A stretch of 54,733 nucleotides of DNA from Candidatus Woesearchaeota archaeon (lineage in GTDB: Archaea > Nanobdellota > Nanobdellia > Pacearchaeales > GW2011-AR1), in contig CAYTHI010000005.1 in the NCBI GenBank assembly GCA_964437555.1, positions 1-54,733 of the forward strand. The letters are read 5' to 3'. Shown here piece after piece: positions 45,981 to 54,465 of the stretch (its first letter is position 1; each line of letters starts with the position of its first letter). Made by a program: the position numbers and the translations under genes. The notes beneath the pieces are model-generated. The model did no database searches, had not been told where the DNA came from, and was given only the letters and a program-made list of their open reading frames with translations.

Positions 45981-46496
45981 TTATTCCTTCTTAGCTATCT
46001 CCCATAAAACTTGGTCTTTTGCCTTCCTGTTAATTATCTTGTCTTTTCTTAAAATTCCTACTTTCCTGAAACCAGTTCTTTCGAGCAAGATATTGGAAGA
46101 ATTGTTATCAACCAAAGCTTTCGCAGAAATCTTGTTTAATCCTAGCTTATCAAAACCAAACTCTAACGCCGCCTTAACAGCCTCAAGCATATATTACCTC
46201 CCAAGCCAATATCCTATTAATGCTTTCTTATCTTTTCTGTCAATATCATACAAATCCAGATATCCTATTATCTTACTGCTTTCTTTTAATAAAATGCAAA
46301 ACAAGATAGCTGTTTTCTTTTCCTTTCGTTCTTTCTCTATCTCCTTAATCATCCTTTTAGCTTTCTTTTTTGTAAAAGGATAGGGAATGAAATAAGTAAA
46401 ATAGCTAATCTCTTTATCATTGCCTATCTTAGCTAATTCCTCAGCATCTTCAGTCTCGGGCAACCTTAAAGTCAGCCTCTTAGTTTCTATTTTCAT
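45981..46496 (-). pseudogene. RimJ/RimL-type GNAT acetyltransferase, disrupted
   Basis: IETKRL.LR...IGYWLGR*YMLEA...N.SS..LLE..GF..VG: in-frame TAA at 46194-46196 and the WGKG motif is missing. Confidence 0.8.
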
Positions 46497-46507
46497 CTTT
46501 CAAAATA

Positions 46508-46613
46508 CGCCCACGCCCGGAATCGAACCGGGATATCCCGAAGGAAAACGGTTTGCTCGCATCATCTGACTTATTGGCTCAAGACCGTCCGAGTACCATT
46601 GTCGCACGTGGGC
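46508..46613 (-). tRNA. tRNA-Ser(UGA) with a 24-nt intron at 37/38 (46554-46577)
   Basis: GCCCACG/CGTGGGC+G, ACGGT-CT-TGA-G[intron]A-ACCGT, long variable arm TCC-TTCG-GGA, CCCGG-TTCGATT-CCGGG; bulge-helix-bulge CUUG/CGAG. Confidence 0.92.
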
Positions 46614-46647
46614 ATAAAATCTTTCGGTAAAATTAGATTATAAAGCT

Positions 46648-47031
46648 TTACTCTTCTTCGGTTTCTGCAGGAGTGTATCTGCAGAACATAACGTTTGTTG
46701 TATGGCTTGTTCTTGACACCCAATCTCCGTTTGGTCCTAAACCATCCATGACTTTAACTAATCTCGTTCCAAGGCAACAAAATCCATTGAAACCACTTAG
46801 GTGGTTTCCACTTTCTCCAACAATCTTTCTAATGCTGGCAGAAACAACATCGTAAGGTTTTGGTAATTCCTCAGCATCTTCAGTATATATTCTATCTGAA
46901 AGTGAATATACTTGAGACATTCTATCTATGCTCACTCTTTTCCCATCCACATATAATGCTCCATCACTTTCTCTAACCACTTCATCTACGTAAACCCCTT
47001 TAGAAATCGTAACCTTTAAACCTCTAGTCAT
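46648..47031 (-). CDS. Hypothetical protein
   Basis: 127-aa ORF between rpl12 and tRNA-Ser with an AT-rich promoter; no motif recognised. Confidence 0.6.
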   Translation of the reverse strand: MTRGLKVTISKGVYVDEVVRESDGALYVDGKRVSIDRMSQVYSLSDRIYTEDAEELPKPYDVVSASIRKIVGESGNHLSGFNGFCCLGTRLVKVMDGLGPNGDWVSRTSHTTNVMFCRYTPAETEEE

Positions 47032-47113
47032 CAGAAATCCAGTTTCTAGGCATTAAAATATTTATGTGTCTTACTAAATAACATGCTTGGCTATAAAAAA
47101 ATAAAATAAAAAT

Positions 47114-47401
47114 TTAACCAAACAAGCTTGCTAATCCTGCAGCAGACTCTTCTTCTTTCTTTTCTTCCTTCTTCTCTGCTTTTACTTCATGTCCTGCAGC
47201 AGCCCCGGCAGCCGGAGAAACCGCAATCTGTACATTTGCTAATTCAGAAGCAATATCTACTCCCTGAAGGCTTGCAATTAAAGTTTTGACTTTAGCTTCA
47301 TCAACATGAGCTCCTGTGGCATGAATAACTTTCTTTAAGTTTTCTTCATTAACAGGCTGTCCTAATTTATGCAGCAATAGTGCAGCGTATATATATTCCA
47401 T
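47114..47401 (-). CDS. rpl12: Ribosomal stalk protein aP1 (L12)
   Basis: MEYIYAALLLH, Ala-rich hinge, EEKKEEE..AGL.SLFG. Confidence 0.96.
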   Translation of the reverse strand: MEYIYAALLLHKLGQPVNEENLKKVIHATGAHVDEAKVKTLIASLQGVDIASELANVQIAVSPAAGAAAGHEVKAEKKEEKKEEESAAGLASLFG

Positions 47402-48214
47402 TTATTGAACCTCCTTTGTAGCTGTATTTTGAGAATTGATAATATTTGATAATGCCTTCTCTTCCCTAGCCGCCTTAACAATAAAATATTTCGCAGTTTC
47501 TTCAGTTGTATAATTCATTTTAACTGCAAATCCAAAAGCTTTTCTTACCAATTCTTTAAGTTCTTCTACTGTCGCCTTCTTATCAATTCTTATCCCAGAA
47601 TAAACTTTGTCAGATTTAGAATCATATGCTGCTAACGGAATAAATCCTACTCTCATTGGGAATATTCCTAATTTTCCTAATACTGCTGCAACTTTCTCAT
47701 TTATTATTTCCCCTGCCTTCACAACTTTAGTTCCTTTAACTATCTCTAATTTTCCTTCCTTAACTGCAATTTTCAATCCAACTGCAGATAATTCAGATAT
47801 TGCAGGCCCTGGAACTAAGTCTGTTAATCCTGGCTCTATATCAATATCTTCAGGAGCAATATCTCCTGTTTTTGCTTTTGTAGGGCCTTGGCTTTCAGAA
47901 AGCACTCCGGAAAGCTCAAAAGCATCATCATCTGAAAAGAACAAGGCAAAATCAGCCGCTAGCTGCTTTTTTAATTCCTGAATTGCCCCCTTTTCAGTTT
48001 TATCTATTGCTCTCAGGATAATATTTTTTTTAGCAACTCTGATTTCTGCCTTGCCTCTCATCTGCTTTTTAATCTCATTGAACTGCAAGCCAGGAAGGCC
48101 TTTTATAGAAGCGACTAATACAGTTCTTTTTGTTTTCATCAGATGCGCTATTTCATCAACAAGTTTCTTCTTTGCCGTCGGAACAGGCTTGTCTCTTACA
48201 TATTTTGCTTTCAT
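47402..48214 (-). CDS. rpl10: 50S ribosomal protein uL10 (P0)
   Basis: K...V, V.K..I, AK.G.IAP.DI....G.T...PGP.ISEL, L.KLGI.P. Confidence 0.93.
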   Translation of the reverse strand: MKAKYVRDKPVPTAKKKLVDEIAHLMKTKRTVLVASIKGLPGLQFNEIKKQMRGKAEIRVAKKNIILRAIDKTEKGAIQELKKQLAADFALFFSDDDAFELSGVLSESQGPTKAKTGDIAPEDIDIEPGLTDLVPGPAISELSAVGLKIAVKEGKLEIVKGTKVVKAGEIINEKVAAVLGKLGIFPMRVGFIPLAAYDSKSDKVYSGIRIDKKATVEELKELVRKAFGFAVKMNYTTEETAKYFIVKAAREEKALSNIINSQNTATKEVQ

Positions 48215-48825
48215 AATTCTACTCCTATTGGCTTGCTCATTGTAAATTTAACAAGCACTTTTCTCACATTTTCCTTCTTTGTAGGCAGAGCATTTACTAT
48301 TCCTTCATATACTGCCTTGATATTATCTGAAATTTCATTGTCTTTCATATTTGTCTTTCCCACGGGAACTTTTATGCTTGCTTCTTTTGCTCTTATTTTG
48401 ATAGACTTAGAAATTTTTTCAACAAGAGGCTTGATAACATCTGGAGTTTCCTGTGTTACTATTCCAAGCTGTGGAGAAGGCATTTTTCCTGACGGACCCA
48501 GCACCTTGCCGAATATTGTTGCGACAGCCGGCATTAAAGATACATGAGCAATAAAAAAATCAAAATCTTTCACCAAAAACTTGAGAGATTTCTTATCATT
48601 ATACTTTGCAAATTCCGGCTTCGTAATAGTTTTAATAAGGCTGTTATTCGCAGTCAAGAATCCGCAGACTTTTTTATCTTTAACTTTGTGAGGCAGGCTG
48701 ATCACAAGCGAAATATTGTCTCTTTTTACATCTATATTTTTCAGATTAACAATTAAGTCAACTGTCTGGTCAAACTTTCTGGTTTTCTCTTTCCTGAGCT
48801 CTTCTAATGCTTTTTCTACATTCAT
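48211..48825 (-). CDS. rpl1: 50S ribosomal protein uL1
   Basis: RKFDQTVDLIVNLK, LPH, DFFIA...LM...G.VLGP.GKMP, VG...M...N, K.TM; start at 48825 after GGAG. Confidence 0.93.
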   Translation of the reverse strand: MNVEKALEELRKEKTRKFDQTVDLIVNLKNIDVKRDNISLVISLPHKVKDKKVCGFLTANNSLIKTITKPEFAKYNDKKSLKFLVKDFDFFIAHVSLMPAVATIFGKVLGPSGKMPSPQLGIVTQETPDVIKPLVEKISKSIKIRAKEASIKVPVGKTNMKDNEISDNIKAVYEGIVNALPTKKENVRKVLVKFTMSKPIGVEL

Positions 48826-48888
48826 TTTATCTCCTACATTATGCCCTGAACGCATAGAACCTATCGTTCATGGATGTAGTTTAACGAT
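48826..48888 (-). promoter_or_regulatory. Pseudoknotted 5' leader of the rpl1-rpl10-rpl12 operon
   Basis: ATCGTT/AACGAT stem; loop CTACAT complementary to ATGTAG abutting the SD; internal TATGC/GCATA hairpin; TATA at 48917-48910. Confidence 0.65.
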
Positions 48889-48983
48889 TCCCATGCATAA
48901 AAAGAGGGATATTTAAATCTTGTCTTTCGCATATTATTTTCAAAAAAAATAAACTTTAAATACCCAAAACAACCAAAATACTT

Positions 48984-49202
48984 ATGGGACACAGAGTTAG
49001 AGTCATAGAGATTGATGGTGGAGAAAGAACACAGGTTTTAATTGACGATCCGGTTCCCGACAGGGCAGGAGACGAAACTGTTCCAGTTCGCGGATCTCAT
49101 TATACCATAACAGTATCAGATATGGAATATCTTTCTCCTGAAGGAAGATATGACGCTCAAGCAAGACACGAAGACTGCAGAGGCAAATCACAATTTCCCT
49201 AA
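48984..49202 (+). CDS. Hypothetical protein
   Basis: 72-aa ORF; TTTAAATA ends 22 nt before the ATG. Confidence 0.55.
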   Translation: MGHRVRVIEIDGGERTQVLIDDPVPDRAGDETVPVRGSHYTITVSDMEYLSPEGRYDAQARHEDCRGKSQFP

Positions 49203-49628
49203 ATATTCTTTTATCCTTTCAATTGTCTGGGGAATTAGAAAGCCCTCAATCTTTTTCTCAAAGATTTCAGAAATTGGCTCAAATTCTGACAGCCTGTAAA
49301 GATTATTCTTCTTGTCAACAATCATAACATCTCTTAATCTTTTAAGCTGCCTTCTAACATTGCTCTCTGCAAGTCCTTTTTCACCAAGTGAATGCTGTTT
49401 TCTTATTTCTTTTACCTTATTGATTACATCAAAACTGCTGACTTCTTTTTTTTCTAATCTTGCCTCTTCCAATGCCATTAATATATCAACAATAATATCT
49501 CTTGAATCTCCGGGCTGCAGCAATCCGAGGGACAAGCAGACTTTTTTCACAATCTCTCTTCTTCCAGCATCATAGGGCTTTTCATATTTTCTCAAAGTTA
49601 TCTCATTCAACGGGAGGTCTTTTACCAT
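49188..49628 (-). CDS. Conserved archaeal winged-helix protein
   Basis: PL.EITLRKYEKP, CLSLGLLQPGDSRD, SNVRRQLKRL, Y.L. Confidence 0.75.
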   Translation of the reverse strand: MVKDLPLNEITLRKYEKPYDAGRREIVKKVCLSLGLLQPGDSRDIIVDILMALEEARLEKKEVSSFDVINKVKEIRKQHSLGEKGLAESNVRRQLKRLRDVMIVDKKNNLYRLSEFEPISEIFEKKIEGFLIPQTIERIKEYLGKL

Positions 49629-49737
49629 GATTAATGATAAACAGGGCTTATTATAAACTTTCTCTGCCTATACTTTTGATTTATACCCAATTGCTAAGGA
49701 TAATAATTATTATAAACTCTTATATTTTTCAGATAAA

Positions 49738-50088
49738 ATGGAATTAGTTGCTTTGCTTGGCTCTGACAGGGAAACGTGGGGGCAGATTACAGGCTTAATT
49801 AACAAAGAGGAATGGGAAAAAATAATTTTAATAAAAACAGATGAAACTTCTTTTCCTGTTCCTGAAAATGGAGAAGAAATAGAAATTGATTCCTCAAAGC
49901 CCCTGCTTGAGATAAAAAAGGATTTGATGTCCAAAATTAAGCCTAAAATTTCAGGCTTTGAAGTTGCTTTGTCAATTGCATCAGGAAATGGAAAAGAGCA
50001 CATGGCGCTCATTTCCGCACTGCTTAGCCTGCCTGTAGGAATACGCTTTGCAGTATTCACAAAAAACGGCGTTGAATTTATTAACTAA
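49738..50088 (+). CDS. Conserved hypothetical protein
   Basis: TWGQ..LI...W, EVALSIASG.GKEHMAL; TATA 22 nt upstream. Confidence 0.7.
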   Translation: MELVALLGSDRETWGQITGLINKEEWEKIILIKTDETSFPVPENGEEIEIDSSKPLLEIKKDLMSKIKPKISGFEVALSIASGNGKEHMALISALLSLPVGIRFAVFTKNGVEFIN

Positions 50089-51506
50089 AAGAAAGCAAAA
50101 GCCCATCTGACCATTAACAGTAGGGCAATAAGCAATATAAGCCAAGTTGTGAATGCAAAGGTTTTCTTAGCTATTTTATCGCTTCCTGTTATGCCTAAAA
50201 CCGTTAAGTAGAAAAATCTTCCTCCGTCAAATATTCCGACAGGAAGCATGTTAACCAAAGCTACGCTTATATTTATGACAACTATCCACCACAACAAATT
50301 ATAAATGAACCATGCAAAGTCTCCGTCCCACACAGGTTCATAATAAACAAACGGGTCTTTTATTGAATACAAAAATTTAGTGAATAATCCGGAAATTCCT
50401 TTCTGAGGAACTTGATAAACGCCAACACCAAGATAAGCCTGCCCATTTTTTTCTCCCAGCATTACATCATGATTGGCCTCTTCTTTATCTTCAAGTGTAG
50501 TAATCATTATTTTATCGCCAGAGGCATATGATTTTATTATTCTTCCGAGCTCATCAAAGTTTTTGATTGTTACTCCATCAACTTTTGTTATTGGAGCACC
50601 TATTTTTAATCCTGACTTTATTGCAGGAGCATCTTCATAAGCTATTATCTGAGTTAAATTAAGATTAATGCTGTTTATCAGATTTTCAGGAGGTATGAGA
50701 TAGGTTGTTTCTGCGGCTTTAATTGTAGTAAACTCAGTTTTATTATTCACAATGATTTCTTCATCAATATCAAGGATATTCTGGACAGGGATACCATTAA
50801 CCTCTGTTATTTCTCCCAAATTAACAACACCTGTTCCATATGAATTAAACATTATTCCGGCAGGAGAAAAGCTATATATAAAAAACACCCACATTATTGT
50901 TCCAAACAGGATTGTCATGATGACATTCGCAAACGTTCCTGCCGCAAGTATTGACAATTGCGGAAATTTCTTTGCTTTCTGCATCTTTTTTTCATCCGGC
51001 TCAACAAAAGCAGCGAGGAACGGCCCTAAGAAGCCAAAGCCAGTTGATTTTACAGGTATTTTGTTAAGCTTGGCAAAAATTCCATGGGCGAATTCGTGAG
51101 TTATAGCTATTATTGCAATTACAATTATCCAATAAGTAAAATAGAATGGAGGAAGAAAATCAACTTTGAACAAGTCAGTTGCATAAGGAAAAAGAGGCAG
51201 CAGCGGCGGAACTTTTATCTGGCTTGCTATATCAAATTTAAAATAAATATATGTAAACCTTGCAAGCATCCATATCATCACAGCCATTAATATATATCCG
51301 CATACGATGATAAAATATTGCATAGGTCTGAGTATCTTTTCAAATCTTTTTGCAGTAGAATCTATAACTTTCAGTCCGAATCTTGTTTTGTATAAATAAA
51401 GAATTCCCTGCCTCTTAAGATTGTGCCTTCTCGTATATAAAAAAAGAACAATGAGCAGAGTAAAGACTGCAAGAAATATCAAATCATATATAATAAAGTT
51501 AGTCAT
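50085..51506 (-). CDS. Site-2 protease (M50) with PDZ domain
   Basis: HEFAH, AFVEPDE, AG...N, PA..SGL..G..I..VDG, NMLP...FDGG. Confidence 0.93.
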   Translation of the reverse strand: MTNFIIYDLIFLAVFTLLIVLFLYTRRHNLKRQGILYLYKTRFGLKVIDSTAKRFEKILRPMQYFIIVCGYILMAVMIWMLARFTYIYFKFDIASQIKVPPLLPLFPYATDLFKVDFLPPFYFTYWIIVIAIIAITHEFAHGIFAKLNKIPVKSTGFGFLGPFLAAFVEPDEKKMQKAKKFPQLSILAAGTFANVIMTILFGTIMWVFFIYSFSPAGIMFNSYGTGVVNLGEITEVNGIPVQNILDIDEEIIVNNKTEFTTIKAAETTYLIPPENLINSINLNLTQIIAYEDAPAIKSGLKIGAPITKVDGVTIKNFDELGRIIKSYASGDKIMITTLEDKEEANHDVMLGEKNGQAYLGVGVYQVPQKGISGLFTKFLYSIKDPFVYYEPVWDGDFAWFIYNLLWWIVVINISVALVNMLPVGIFDGGRFFYLTVLGITGSDKIAKKTFAFTTWLILLIALLLMVRWAFAFF

Positions 51507-51515
51507 ACTCTTTTT

Positions 51516-51686
51516 TTATTTCTTCTTTGATTTAATTGGTCTGAATGTTTTTTTGCCGCATCTTCTGCAGATTATTTTTTTCGCGATAACTCTGACAGAT
51601 TCAGACCGCATCTTCTGCCCGCATGCTTTGCAGACAAACATATTCTTAAAAATTCTATTATGTGCCGCAGCTATTTTAGTTGCCAT
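51516..51686 (-). CDS. rpl40e: 50S ribosomal protein eL40
   Basis: 56 aa, not in the ORF track: MATKIAAAHNRIFKNMFVCKACGQKMRS...CRRCGKKTFRPIKSKKK. Confidence 0.85.
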   Translation of the reverse strand: MATKIAAAHNRIFKNMFVCKACGQKMRSESVRVIAKKIICRRCGKKTFRPIKSKKK

Positions 51687-51687
51687 T

Positions 51688-52077
51688 TTATAAGACTCTC
51701 TTTACAATTTTTTTGCCTTCAGCATCCCAATATTCTACTTGTTTGTCGGGCAAAACTTCATTTTTTACTTCCTCGGCAACCGCGACATCAATTGTCTCAA
51801 AATTCTCAAGGTCCATCAGGCTCACAACATCGCCATTCACGCTTAAAATCTGACCTTTTCTTTTGTCTATCAGAGGAACATCAAACCTTTCATGTCCAGG
51901 AACAGCAACAACTCTTTTTTTTCCGGTTATGACGCTTATTGCCTCTATTCTGCATTTGCTTGCCCCATGTTTTCCTGTCTTGCTTATATCATTGCTTCTT
52001 ACAGTGCAAGGATCTCCTTCAATAAGTATATTAGTCCCTGATTTTGCCTGTGTAGCATCAATTAATTTTAAAACCAT
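51688..52077 (-). CDS. eif5a: Translation factor aIF5A
   Basis: SKTGKHGASK hypusine motif; start at 52077. Confidence 0.95.
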   Translation of the reverse strand: MVLKLIDATQAKSGTNILIEGDPCTVRSNDISKTGKHGASKCRIEAISVITGKKRVVAVPGHERFDVPLIDKRKGQILSVNGDVVSLMDLENFETIDVAVAEEVKNEVLPDKQVEYWDAEGKKIVKRVL

Positions 52078-52098
52078 AAGCACTCTTCACAAGAAACG

Positions 52099-52106
52099 TT
52101 TATAAA
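52099..52106. promoter_or_regulatory. Palindromic TATA box shared by two divergent genes
   Basis: TTTATAAA lies 22 nt from the ATG at 52077 (-) and 22 nt from the ATG at 52128 (+). Confidence 0.6.
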
Positions 52107-52127
52107 ACTTGCTAAACAAACAAAAAT

Positions 52128-52475
52128 ATGATACCTGTTTATTTTAAGTCAGAGAAAGATATTTCTCGTTTGGTAGAAATATTAAGAAAAGGATTAAATG
52201 AAAAAGGATTTCGTTTTACGTTTTAGTGTGATGATGTATCTCAAACTTGAGGAAAAATGCACATTGCCGGTTTTGAAAACAACATAGGAACAGCATGTGC
52301 AGTTATTTATGGAAAATCAATACCTGTGGCAGGAAACACACCCGATGGGCCCTTAACAGTTCATGATGAATATCGTGGAGCTATCTTCTTTTCCCATGTC
52401 GATTCATTGAAAGTTGAATCCGTGAATAGATATTTAAATAGTCAATCGGTCAAGACTAAGATTGGAGAACCGTAA
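52128..52475 (+). pseudogene. Hypothetical gene with two in-frame stops
   Basis: MIPVYFKSEKDISRLVEILRKGLNEKGFRFTF*CDDVSQT*GK continues in frame into ORF 52257-52475; TAG at 52224, TGA at 52248. Confidence 0.6.
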
Positions 52476-52478
52476 AAA

Positions 52479-53135
52479 ATGGTAATAGCAAAGAAAGGAG
52501 ATTTTGTGGAAATACAATTTACAGGAAGATCTAACGGAATAATCTTTGACTCAAATATAGAAGAGGATCTTAAAAAGCTGGATTCCAAGGCCAAGCCAAG
52601 AAAAGTTATTGTTGTAGTGGGAGAAAGAATGATAGTTCCTGGATTAGACAAATCTCTTGCAGGAAAGGAGATAAAAAAGAAATTCTCAGTCCATTTAAAT
52701 TATAAAGAGGGATTTGGAGAAAGAAAAAGAGATTTAGTGAAAACAATACCTTTGTCAGTTTTCACAAGCCAAGAAATAATGCCGGAGCCGGGAAAAACTT
52801 TGCTGATGGACAATATGCTGGCCAAGATCATTACAATTTCCGGGGCAAGGGTAATAACTGATTTCAATAATCCTCTTGCAGGCAAGGATTTGGATTATGA
52901 ATTTACTATAACAAGGATTGTAGAGGATTTGAAGGAAAAAGCAGAAGCATTTTTTGAATTTAACCTTCGTTTTGTGCCTGAAACAGAAGTAAAAGATAAC
53001 AAAGTTATTGTGAAGGCGCCAGAGTTTATGGAAAGTTTCATTAAATCTTTAGGCGAGAAATTCAGGCAGCTTTCAAATGCAGAAATTGAATTTGTAGAGA
53101 AAGACTTAAGTCCTTCTGTCAGTGCTTCTGATTAG
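52479..53135 (+). CDS. FKBP-type peptidyl-prolyl isomerase (long archaeal SlyD-like)
   Basis: GDFV.I.FTG....IFD, G....VPGLD, FGER, V..DFNNPLAGK.L.Y. Confidence 0.92.
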   Translation: MVIAKKGDFVEIQFTGRSNGIIFDSNIEEDLKKLDSKAKPRKVIVVVGERMIVPGLDKSLAGKEIKKKFSVHLNYKEGFGERKRDLVKTIPLSVFTSQEIMPEPGKTLLMDNMLAKIITISGARVITDFNNPLAGKDLDYEFTITRIVEDLKEKAEAFFEFNLRFVPETEVKDNKVIVKAPEFMESFIKSLGEKFRQLSNAEIEFVEKDLSPSVSASD

Positions 53136-53184
53136 CTTGGATAATTGTTACAACAATCCTTATAAATCTCCCTGCGCTTATCCG

Positions 53185-54258
53185 ATGATGGCAGAAATTT
53201 TTTTTGATAAAGAGGACAAAGACTTGTCTCAAATCGACAGGGAATTGGAAGAGATTATTAAGAAACATTCTGCAAGAATAAAGGTAGTTGGCTGCGGAGG
53301 AGGCGGAGGAAATTCTGTTTCAAGAATGAAAGAAACAGGAATACAAGGCTGTGAAGTTATAGCTATGAATACCGATGCCCAAGACCTTTTATACACGAGC
53401 GCGGATTATAAGATTTTAATAGGCAGGGAATTGACTCAGGGGCTTGGTGCGGGAAGCAATCCAAAAATAGGCGAGGAAGCTGCAAGGGAATCGGAACAGG
53501 AAATAAAAAAGAAATTATCCAACGCAGACATGGTTTTTATAACATGCGGCTTAGGCGGAGGTACAGGAACAGGAGCAGCTCCTGTTGTTGCCGAGCTGGC
53601 AAAAAAGAATAATCTGCTCACAATCGGCGTGGTAACTCTTCCTTTTACAGTTGAAGGGCAAAAAAGAATTGAAAATGCCCAATACGGTCTTGAAAAAATG
53701 GCTTCTATTGTTGACACTCTAATAGTTATTCCAAATGATAAATTATTGGAATTAGCTCCCGAGCTTCCTCTTCATACTGCTTTTAAAGTTGCGGATGAAA
53801 TATTGACTAATTCAGTTAAGGGAATAGCGGAATTAATTACAACTTCTGGTCTTGTCAATCTCGATTTTGCGGATGTTAAAGCAGTAATGGCAAACGGAGG
53901 AGTCTCCCTTATTGGCATAGGAGAATCAGATTCTTCCAGCGACAGAGCTCTTCAGGCGGTTGAAAGAGCAATAAATAATCCTCTTCTTGATGTTGACATA
54001 AAGAATGCTATAGGCGGTCCCGATATGTCCCTTGAAGAATACAAGACAGTAATGGAAGCTATAGGAAAAAAGATTTCATCGGATGCAAAGATAATTTCAG
54101 GAGCGCAAATATCAGCAGACATGGAAAAGTCAATGAAAGTCATGCTTATCGTAACAGGAGTCAGAAGCTCTCAAATTATGGGCTCTGACATTCCGGATAA
54201 TTTTTCTGCAGGAAATCAATTAGAGGACGAATTAGGCATAGATTTTCTAGATAATTAA
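53185..54258 (+). CDS. ftsZ: Cell division protein FtsZ (apparent ~7-aa internal deletion)
   Basis: VVGCGGGGGN, NTDAQ, GLGAG, GGGTGTG, PF..EG..R, NLDFAD; start 53185 or 53188. Confidence 0.95.
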   Translation: MMAEIFFDKEDKDLSQIDRELEEIIKKHSARIKVVGCGGGGGNSVSRMKETGIQGCEVIAMNTDAQDLLYTSADYKILIGRELTQGLGAGSNPKIGEEAARESEQEIKKKLSNADMVFITCGLGGGTGTGAAPVVAELAKKNNLLTIGVVTLPFTVEGQKRIENAQYGLEKMASIVDTLIVIPNDKLLELAPELPLHTAFKVADEILTNSVKGIAELITTSGLVNLDFADVKAVMANGGVSLIGIGESDSSSDRALQAVERAINNPLLDVDIKNAIGGPDMSLEEYKTVMEAIGKKISSDAKIISGAQISADMEKSMKVMLIVTGVRSSQIMGSDIPDNFSAGNQLEDELGIDFLDN

Positions 54259-54288
54259 TTTTAAAAACCTCTTATCTCTTTAATCATC

Positions 54289-54459
54289 ATGAAGGAAGAA
54301 CTGAAATCATTCATAATACAATCTTTAAGAGTCTGGAAAATACTGAAAAAACCGACAAGGGAAGAATTCAAGATTATCGCAAAAGTCTCTGTCATCGGAG
54401 TTCTTGTCCTCGGCGCAGCCGGATTTCTAATATCCGACCTAATAGGGCTTTTCTTTTAA
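54289..54459 (+). CDS. secE: Protein translocase SecE / Sec61-gamma
   Basis: 56 aa, not in the ORF track: RVWKILKKPTREEF..IAKVS.IG...LG..GFLI. Confidence 0.92.
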   Translation: MKEELKSFIIQSLRVWKILKKPTREEFKIIAKVSVIGVLVLGAAGFLISDLIGLFF

Positions 54460-54465
54460 TAATTT

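Noticed and set aside
46579-46581. tRNA with 'TGA' as an opal suppressor or Sec tRNA
   Set aside because: Anticodon UGA reads UCA (Ser); a suppressor would need anticodon UCA
52128-52475. Stop-codon reassignment or read-through explaining in-frame TAG/TGA (and TAA at 46194)
   Set aside because: TAA, TAG and TGA all terminate conserved genes elsewhere in the window; pseudogenisation is simpler
53122-53184. N-terminal extension of FtsZ in the ORF track
   Set aside because: Contains the TATA box and overlaps the FKBP stop; real start is 53185 or 53188
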